Under the pieces are notes generated by a model. It saw nothing but the letters and a program-made list of their open reading frames with translations. It was not told the origin of the DNA and searched no databases. Source: Lama guanicoe (lineage: Eukaryota). From it: a stretch of DNA of 64,000 nt. Shown here piece after piece: positions 55,401-64,000 of this stretch; the stretch's first letter is position 1; every line of letters begins with the position of its first letter. The stretch covers positions 16,599,405 through 16,663,404 of the forward strand of contig MU055362.1 of NCBI GenBank assembly GCA_013239625.1, read 5' to 3'. A program made the position numbers and the translations under genes.

Positions 55401-58400
55401 GCTCCCTGCAATAGCCTGAAGGGAGCAGCTTGGAGTCATGTGGTCAGAGACAAGGATTCAGCCAATAGCTGTGGGCCCTCAGGACACTGGGAACTCCAAC
55501 CTGGTCATGGCAGGAATGATTGGATTCAGAAGCATTAGTGACCAGGGTCAGATGTCATTGTGGTTGGTGACAGGAATCAGTAGTCACCAAGAGCTAGTGG
55601 TCACTGGGGGCCAGTAGTGTGTATTCATTGAAGAACTGACATCAGTGATTACCAGGGTTTTGTGATCAAGGGTCATCCAGGGGGCTAGAGGTCAACAGGG
55701 ATCAAGGACTCAGGTCAGCAGTCACCAGAGGGCTCAGGCCAGGGATCAGAAAGAAGCACCTGTGCCCAGAAAGAGCAGGTCATAGGTGGGTCCAGCAGGC
55801 GTGGTGACAGGTGTCCCTGTGAGGTGTGTGTAGCGCACGCTGCGCTTGAGCAGCAAGGGCCGTCCACGTGTGGGCACCACGGGCCGAGCCATCAGTGGGT
55901 GCAACTTCACAAAGTCCAGGACCAGGGATGGCAAGTCTTGGGATGAGTTGTAGCCTCGACTGCGCAATGAATCTGTAATGCACTGTGGTGGGAGATGGGG
56001 TTGGTGAATCTCAGGACTCTACCACCTGCCCATCCTCCCCACAAGGTTAGACCCTTCTGCCTCTCTCAGGGGTCCTGCTACTCAGCAGTGACTCCAGGCC
56101 TGGGCACTCACCGAGCCAGGCCGGGGCTCCGGCACACCTCCCTCGTAGCGGCCCCAGCGCCGGACACCATCCTGGTACTCCATGTAGGGGCCTGCGAAAA
56201 CAGCCTGCATCTCGACCAGGTCGTAGCGGCAGATGGCTGAGGCCTCCAGGGTCTTCCTAGGGATGGGATGTAGAGGAGGGGCTGAGCCACACTGAGTGGA
56301 GCCTGCCCCCTGCCTGGCCTGGAGCCCACTGTTACCCTGACCAACCCCAGCTCCAGGCCCATAGGGCCTCTCCTGAGGGTCAGCAGGCCACTGGATGTGC
56401 CTGAAATTCTGTCTGCAGCCAGGCTCCCCATGATGGGTCCTATCTTATCCTCATTGACCTCTGCTCCAGCCCTTATGTTGTCCCCGTTCCTTGCCTCCCC
56501 ACTGTCCCTGCACTGACCACTGTGTGGTCAACGTGAAGGCCGCATAGAAGTGCGTGCGGGCTGAGGTGTCCGCTTCCAGGCTGCAGACACCACGTAGCGT
56601 CTCATACTGTGGAATGTGGCAGATGAGACGCGCCTTTAAGAAGGAGGTCCACTTCTTCTGTAGGATCTTCTTCCCTCCCAGGTCTCCCTGGGAAGGTAGG
56701 GGCATGGCATTAAGGGCCAGGGTCAGAGGTTCAGCCTCTACACCCTTGCCCTGACCTCAGTCTTGCTCACCTTGCACACACGGGCCACGCGGGCAACGCG
56801 GTGGCTGCCGCGGCTCTGAGCAAAGCTGCCGGAACCCTCCTCAGCAGCACGCTCCGTGAAGAAGTAGTAAACCTTGTCATCATCACCCACTGCGCTGGCC
56901 TTGCTCTCCCGCACCAGGACAGAGAACACAAACTCAGCATCTGTGGGTCAGGCAGTACAGGTGGTTTCTGAGATAGGCTGGGGGTCTCCACCCACCGCTC
57001 TCACTCAACAACGCACAGGAATAAACAGGCTCTCCTGGGGGTTTGGGGATGGCAGTAGAGATGAAGAAGTAGTCCCCTGTCCCCCTGATCATCCTTTGCA
57101 TCGTCCTGCTAACCATTGAGCCAGTGCATTGGTGCCTCCTCGGTCCTCAGCGAGTGTGGGTGGCGGCTCCGTCGGATGTCAGGAATGCTCCGGAATTCGT
57201 ACCGCGTGGCTGTGTAGAGGCCTCCATCTGAGGCAGGGACATGCCAGGCATGAGAGACATGTCACGTACAACCAGACACATAACACACGTGGGTGGCAAG
57301 TCCTAGCAATGAGATCCATGTCCCACAAACAGCATGCTTATGGATGAGGGGCCTGGGTGGGGAGGAGGGCACGCTCACCAATGATGAGACCTGTGAAGCC
57401 ACGAGCTGGGTCATAAGGACACTTCTCCTTCCCTTCCTCGAAGCTGGTTGGTAAGGTGAAGGTCTCAGCATCCTGGGAGAATGAAGGGCCAGAAGTCAGT
57501 GATCCTGAGGACAGGCAGGGGTTGTTGCCCAAGGTCAGACCAGCAAGCAGGGTGGGGGCAGGCAGACTCACAATGACTGCACAGAGAGGCTGGAAGGCAT
57601 GAGTCCCGCACGTGTAGAGGTGGGTGGCATTGAGCCACTGCAGGAATCGCACGTGGTTGAAGCACTCCGTCTGTGGCATAGGTAGGGGAGGGCTGTGAGC
57701 CCTGGGTCTCCTTAGAGACCTCTTCCATTAGATCAGCTTTGTAGTCTGGCTCTTGCCCCTACCCACAGGACAAATAGTTCTTCCCAAGATCCTTGTGGGC
57801 ATTTTCACTGCCTAGAACACAGACTGTCCCCTGGAACTCACTGTCCTTTGGCCTCCCAATGGCATGACCCCTCTTCTCTCCACTATCTCCTGGATTATCT
57901 GACACGCTTGGCTGGATTCTCCTGCATCTTCTGTTGTCCCCTGCACCAGCAGTTCCGGCGACTCTAAGGGCTCTCACTGCTCTAAGATGCTTCTCTCTCA
58001 CATCTCTTCTCAGCAATGTCCCCTAGTCATGGAGCTCCCATACCTGCTTTGGGCTGGCATTACCAAACCCACCCCCAGCTTCCAGCTATCTTTCTATCTG
58101 ATATCCCACAGACATGTCAAACTCACGTTGTCAGAAACCAAGCTCATCCCCTCCTTCCTAACCTGCGTCTTCCCTCTTAAACCTGTTCGTCCAGTCTTTC
58201 CCACCTCACTTCATCTGTCCATCCTGTTACTCAGTCCAGAAACCAGGCGTCATCTTTGCTGCTTCCCATTCCCTCACCCCTACATTCAGTCTCTGTCATG
58301 ATTAAACCTTTGTCCTACATGTCTTATGACTTGGTCCACTCCCCCTCCATTACTGCCACCCTAGCCCAAATTACCACCATCACCTCTTCCCTGGACAACT

Positions 58401-60943
58401 ACAGCAACCACTTGACAGCTCTTCCAGCCCTCCGCCAGTCTTTACAAAAACTACTTATTTATTCCGTGAGTGAGGAATACAGGCACACAGTGCAAAATTC
58501 AAAAGGAACAAAGGGATATGTTGTAAATAGTCTCCCTTTTATCCTTATTGCCTTCAAAGGAGACTGCTGTTACCATTGTCTGGAGTTTCCTTTCAGAGAG
58601 ATTCTACCAGTCAGCACCCTCTTGCAACCTACTTTCCAAGGCATATTTTAAAAATATAAACCAGACCATGTCATCGCTGTATTTAAAAACCCTTCAGTGG
58701 CTCACCAGAGTCCTGAACATAGGGTTCCATACGCTCCAGGCCTGCATGATAGGGCCCTGCCCCTTCCTCTGGCCTCATTCATCCTATTCCAGCCACACTG
58801 GTCTCTGGCCATCAATTGCCCTAAGCTGCCGCACTCTTGACTTCTTTGCCTTGTTAATGAGTCCTCCTCCTGCCTGTTACCCAGGGTTTGAGTCCATGCC
58901 GGCCTGTTTTTCTCATCCCATTCCCTCACCAGGTGTAGAACTTTGGCATCCATCTCTCTTCTCCACCAGCCTGCTCAGGTCTCCCTCCTCTGACTTACAT
59001 GATGCCCCCAACCTCCCCACTGCCTTCCTCGCCTCCATACTCATTCTATTTTAACCCATCCAGTGCCTGAGACCATGAAAATATTCTTGTAGTAATGTTT
59101 CCCCAAGATGTTTACATTTAAAAAAGGGGGAGCTGGGGTGGGGGTGAATTCTGTGGTCAAATAAGTAGGAAACCATGGGTGAAACCTACCTTTACTCCTC
59201 AAAGCTTGAAGGGTGTTGCTGTGCACTGGAGCACTGAGCATGTAGAATTTCCCAAACTTATCTAACCATTAAGTACCTCTTTTGAAAATTAATGCTCTTC
59301 AGAACATGCTTTGGGAAATGTTCTCCTAAAGCCTTGCTACCCAAGTGTGGTCCAGGACCAGCAGTGTCACTCATCTGGGAGCTTGTTAGAACTGCAGAAT
59401 CTCAGGCCCTTCCCCAGACCTACTGCATTAGCATCTACACTTAGAATATACCCAGGTGATTCACATGCACATTAAGGTTTGAGGGTCTCTAAAGTATCAA
59501 ATGGTGAGGGTGCCCACTGTCACAGAGTAAAATCCAACCACCCAGCTGTTTACAGCCCTCCACAAGCTGGGCTCCATCTGCCTCACCAGCCCCATCTTCT
59601 ACCCATGTTGTACCAAGAGGCAGCCTTTGATAGAATCTCCTGGAGATGCTTCTTTAAATGCAGCTGCCCCAGCACCACCACAGACCCACTGAATCGGAAT
59701 TCCCAGGCTGGTAGACCTTGGGAATGTGTTTTTCAAAAGCTCTCCGGATGGATCTGTTACATAGCCAGACATAGGACCCCTGTAGACACCCTGTTCTTTA
59801 GTCAGAAAGGGCTGACACTTCGCTAACATCCCTCCACTGAATACTGGGTCCATGAGCTATTTCCTTGACCAGAGCTTCATTTTTCTCAACAGTAAAATGA
59901 AGGATTATACTATTTCATAGGGTTATTTTAGAATTAGGTGAGATAATAGCTAAGTCAGCACTTTCTAGAGATTACTTATTGTTATCATGATTATTTGGGA
60001 GCTCAGAGGAGATGAAAATGCTATTGCAGACCAAGCTAATAGATCACCAGATGTTTGGATTAGAAGTCCTGCTCCCAGGGCCTGCCACTCCGGTGGCACT
60101 TACACTTACAGTGGTTACTGTGGTTGCTGCAAATGACTGGCAGATCTGTACCTCTCCAACTGTGTCTCCACTAACCCTGATATCCCCAACTGAGGAGGGA
60201 GAGGAAAGGAGCGGGGGACAGGGTAGACCACATACCTGGTTGTTTTTCCCTTTTTGATGACATTTGCTTTGCATCTCTGGAGAGGCCTCCCAGTGGATCT
60301 GGAGGAGGGGGAAGGGAATGGGCTGATGCATTGAGAATACCTTTGCCTTTCTCCATTATCTGTGGGACTAGGTGATCGGACCCCAGGGAACGGGGGAAAT
60401 TGGGTAGGGGTAGATTTCAGGAGGAGCATTGGATGTATGGGAGACCTGGGTCAGGAAGGGCAGTGCTTTCTGACCAGGGGGCTATGGAAGGCTGACAGGG
60501 TTTCCAGGAAGTTGAGGTCCCAGGGAGCTGGATGAAGCTGGAGACCCTCTGGGTAGTCCAGGTTCCAGAGGCTGACCTCTTTGTGGGTCCCATCTCCTAT
60601 GTTNNNNNNNNNNNNNNNNNNNNNNNNNNNNNNNNNNNNNNNNNNNNNNNNNNNNNNNNNNNNNNNNNNNNNNNNNNNNNNNNNNNNNNNNNNNNNNNNN
60701 NNNNNNNNNNNNNNNNNNNNNNNNNNNNNNNNNNNNNNNNNNNTTGAGCCCAGCTCTAAGGTTGTCTCCCCACCTGCAGCCCTGGCTGCTGATGCTTCTC
60801 GAGGTTGGGGGTGTCTAACCTTCGTAGGGGATGGTCATCCGCGGGATGGCATCTAGTTCTCTAGACGGTCTCCGCAGCGAGGGTCCAGGGACTGCAGTTG
60901 CGGTCAGGAAGCTCAGGAGGAGGGGCCAGAGCCTCCCCCACAT
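52444..60943 (-). CDS. SEMA4G: Semaphorin-4G (about 840 aa: signal peptide, Sema, PSI, Ig, TM, C-terminal ESSV PDZ ligand), 14 coding exons
   Basis: Exons: 60820-60943, 60577-~60725 (mostly in N gap), 60236-60298, 57572-57670, 57379-57472, 57114-57227, 56771-56940, 56518-56687, 56112-56256, 55760-55982, 55234-55349, 54935-55095 (alternative donor at 54920 adds SQGSR), 54663-54727, 52444-53273. Motifs [35 protein letters not shown]. Confidence 0.96.
52761..52823 (+). CDS. MRPL43: Alternative MRPL43 exon (long isoforms), antisense within the SEMA4G last exon
   Basis: TCTCCAG|GAC acceptor, CCA|GTGAGT donor, 63 nt in frame with internal donor CAG|GT at 49983; encodes [21 protein letters not shown], resembling the recalled human long-isoform peptide. 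Confidence 0.55.
57850..58850. mobile_element. L2 fragments with an embedded L1ME-like fragment (~58440-58610)
   Basis: L2 motifs CTGCCACCCTAGCCCAA..ACCACCATC and AAAACCCTTCAGTGGCT; L1ME-like CAAAATTCAAAAGG.ACAAAGGG. Confidence 0.5.
59330..59490. mobile_element. MER5A/B hAT-Charlie MITE
   Basis: GCTACCCAAGTGTGGTCC..ACCAGCAG...GGGAGCTTGTTAGAA.TGCAGAATCTCAGGCCC...AGGTTTGAG. Confidence 0.65.
59598..59695 (-). other. Sequence orthologous to the human MIR608 precursor (probably not a functional miRNA here)
   Basis: Minus strand GTGGTGCTGGGGCAGCTGCATTTAAAGAAGCATCTCCAGGAGATTCTATCAAAGGCTGCCTCTTGGTACAACATGGGTAGA resembles the recalled hsa-mir-608 hairpin, in SEMA4G intron 3; the seed region differs. 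Confidence 0.55.
60604..60743. other. Assembly gap (N run) covering most of SEMA4G coding exon 2
   Basis: N run; exon end (NIGDGTHKE|GT) visible at 60577-60603. Confidence 0.95.
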
Positions 60944-63900
60944 CTTCCTTGGGAGGCCCAGACCAACAAGACCCCCAAAGGGAGCCAGGGCCAGAGTAAA
61001 GGGGATGATGGGAAGAATAGTCACAGGGGTCAAAGTCCAGGGAAGTCACATGGAAGGTCAGGAGTCATGGGGCCAGGGAGGGTCCTGGAATAGGGGAGAC
61101 ATGGAATCACAGGGTTGTGTGGCCATGGAATCCCAGGTAAGTGGTCAGGAGGGGGAATGGATTACACACTGCCTATGGGCATCTAATACAAACTCCACTG
61201 GGAGAGGGAGTTGTGGGATCACAGAGGGGTTGTAGGTCACTGATGGGGTCACCCTCCCCCGACAGCAGAGTTAGTCCTGGCTCTCTGAGGTCCGTTTTCT
61301 GAAGAAAGAAACAGGAGAAAAACCCTTTGATCTGTGTGTGAGTGGAAGGTAGACAGCATTACCCAAGACTTCAGGTGGTACCAAAGGGAGGAGGTCCAGC
61401 ATCTACAAAACTCCCACAAGAGAATTGCCTCAGTCATTTCGTTGACTCGCTGCTCTGATGCAGGAAGTTGAGTGGAATTTGCCCACTTTACAATACCTTA
61501 GACTCCCTTCAACCCAAAACCGAGGTAACAGCCCTCCTCTGACAGAGTCAGAAGCTTAGCTAGGCCTCCACCTCAGTGGAGCTCTGGTTCTCAGGGAGAA
61601 TGCTTTCTCCCAGCAATGAGACCCAACTCGGGCAGCAGCTGCCCCTGCTGCCTGCGGGGGTGCCTTGTGCAGGAAAGCCTGGGCAGAGACACTTAATGGG
61701 CCTTTGTTTATTTTGTCCAGTTTTCCCTTTGTTTTTTCTTTTTCCTGGCCTGAGAGCTCCCTCTGGAATTTCTCTTTAATTAGATACTCCTCCTCAGCAT
61801 TCTTCTCCAAGGGGGTGCACATCTCTGTCCTGCCCCTACGAGTCTGTACCGCACTCTCTGGCTAGGTATCTACACATGCCCCTACCTGCCAACAGGCACT
61901 CACAGGCACAGGTGGGGGTATCTGGGCACCCCCTGGCTGCACAGGTATAATGTCTGTTCAGGAGGCTCTAGTGTTCAAGGCCACTTAATTGAGACATAAG
62001 CCACATGGAAAAGGTGAAAAATGGGATCCCAGAGTTCTTGGCCACCTCCCTGGCATATCTTGGAGACTACTGCCACACCTAGACCCTCCCTCAAGCCAGC
62101 AAGCTGGGGATGGGGTTGGGGTATGTGGCAGGCAGGCCTCCTCTGACCCCTGTAACAGGTTTGATCTCTGAAGCTTCTGAAGCTTGGCCGGGCTAGGTGT
62201 GGAGGAAGCCTGACTCACCCAATCTCATCAGAGGCCCACAGACAAGGCCAGAGGGGCCATTGGCCTCTTCTCTCCCTTCCAGGTCAAATATTAACTATGT
62301 GGCCTTGAAGAGAGGGGAGGGACCAGGAGTTGGCCAGAGGGAGAACAGGAATTTGGAGCATTTTTGCAAGAGGTAAAGGTCACCCCTGAAGTGGGCAGAG
62401 CCCAGAGTGGGAGAATGAGGGTATGAGTAGACAGAAGAGGGTCTCTGAACCACAAAAGAAGCATCAGCTCCTGATTTGGGGGTGAAGACAGCAGGATGCC
62501 TCAAGTAAACTTCCTGTGCCCCACCTCTTACTGTAGAGGCACACCTGTTTACCTTTGGGGCCTCCTATTTACCCAATGCACAAGTGGAGAGGGGAGCCCT
62601 ATGGCTGGGAGGGATCAGTCCCTAGGATTGGGCAAGATGAACACACCCCAGGTCAGAGGAACCACTCAGAGTGTGGTGCATGGCACACTTACATAGGTTT
62701 GCACAAGAGTCATATATGTCCAAAGTGATGTGCATGCTGATGGTACATACATACATACATATTCATAGGAGGGCTGTGAACACATGTATTTACAGGAGAG
62801 TCATGCACACACTCATTCACAGGGAGGTTTGTGCACACATATATTCACCTAAAGGGCCTGCCACATGTGTTCATACATATTCACATGTAAGGTTGCATTC
62901 ACATGCCCATTCATTTAGTAGGTCACCCAGCCTCAAGGGTTAACATGGAGGGTTATAAACTGACACATGTGTATATGAAGGATTGTACACCTATTCACAG
63001 GAGGGTCTTGCACATACACACATACATGTAGGGACATGCACACAAACCCACTGATACACTGGGTCAGGCACTGTCATGTTCACAGAAGGATCAAGTACAT
63101 GTGCATGCACACAGTTCTCAAATACACAATAACATCTACACAGAGACAACCATATATACATAAGGGGTCTAGTTTTCACTGCAGGCTTGAAGGCTGCCAG
63201 TGTCCACTGAGGGTAAGATGCAGAGCAGAACCCTGCCTCCTTTTCCAAAGTCCCAAATCTAAGGCCAGAATCCAAGTATGTGTTTGTGAGTGTGTGTTTG
63301 TGTATGTGTGTGTGTAGTGATAGGGGAGGCTTCTGACCTCGGATGCTCAGATTGAATGGATGTATGGGTCAAGGCCGCTCTGCTAGGGAAGGAGGGGCTA
63401 CTTAACCCAGGTAGGAGGAGGCCCCTAGTTTTAGCAAAGGGAAGATGGAATGGAACGTGTAACTTAGCCCTCCTCTACTTCCATGAATACTGCAATTCTA
63501 GACATGGGAGTTGGGATATAGCTCTCAGCCCCCATTTAACCTGTTGGGAGGGAGGGCGGGGCTAAATGGGGGGGTAGTGATGCCACCCCTCTCCCCCATT
63601 GGCAAAGAGGTTTCAAGGTCTCTAGTCCACATCTCACACTCCACCCTCATTTCCACAGCTTGGGTTCCTCCCCAGGGCCAGCCCCCTGAACTCTAACCAT
63701 CTGCCCATTATTAGATCTTAGGGCAGAGAGAACTGAGGAGGGGAGACAGCCCCCAAACAGGATCCGTGTAGGATCAGCAGACTCTCGACCTTCATCCCAG
63801 ATGTCCACCTGCCTAGTGTGGGCGGTTTCTCCCTCCACCCATTAGGGTGGCGATCCCCCCTGGCCTGAGAACCCCTCCCCCACTATCCTCTCCCTCCACC

Positions 63901-64000
63901 ATCCTGGACAGTCGGCGGTTCTCTTCCTCGCCTCAGGTCTAACCTCAGCCTCTACTGCTGCAGTCCGAGGACAAGCTCTCCTTCGATCCTGCCGGACGCT

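Noticed and set aside
62690-63320. CA/TG-rich degenerate tracts giving His/Thr/Cys/Val ORFs
   Set aside because: Low-complexity simple-repeat DNA, as at 37440-37860.

Overview
Mammalian, GC-rich, gene-dense window syntenic with human chr10q24.31, in reverse orientation. Gene order: intergenic CpG islands - SFXN3(-) - PDZD7(+) - LZTS2(-) - TWNK(-) - MRPL43(+) - SEMA4G(-). All six spliced genes were rebuilt by hand from GT-AG junctions and recognisable peptides. Two coding exons (SFXN3, SEMA4G) lie mostly inside N gaps. The recognisable repeats are old (MIR, L2, L1ME, hAT/MER5, ERVL/MaLR LTR); I saw no young lineage-specific SINE, so the species was not assigned. Main oddities: (1) PDZD7 stops at TGA-C, yet 56 more in-frame codons resembling the human C-terminal tail follow. 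(2) One LZTS2 exon has a frameshifting deletion, real or an assembly artefact. (3) A 150-bp piece of LZTS2 coding sequence has been copied into a MIR in the adjacent intron. (4) An alternative LZTS2 first exon carries a strong-Kozak uORF that overlaps Met1 and could redirect initiation to the myristoylation-type MGSVSS start. (5) An MRPL43 alternative exon lies antisense inside the SEMA4G coding exon. (6) A housekeeping-type promoter near 3.8 kb has no protein-coding gene. Comparisons to human sequences are from memory and need confirming by alignment.
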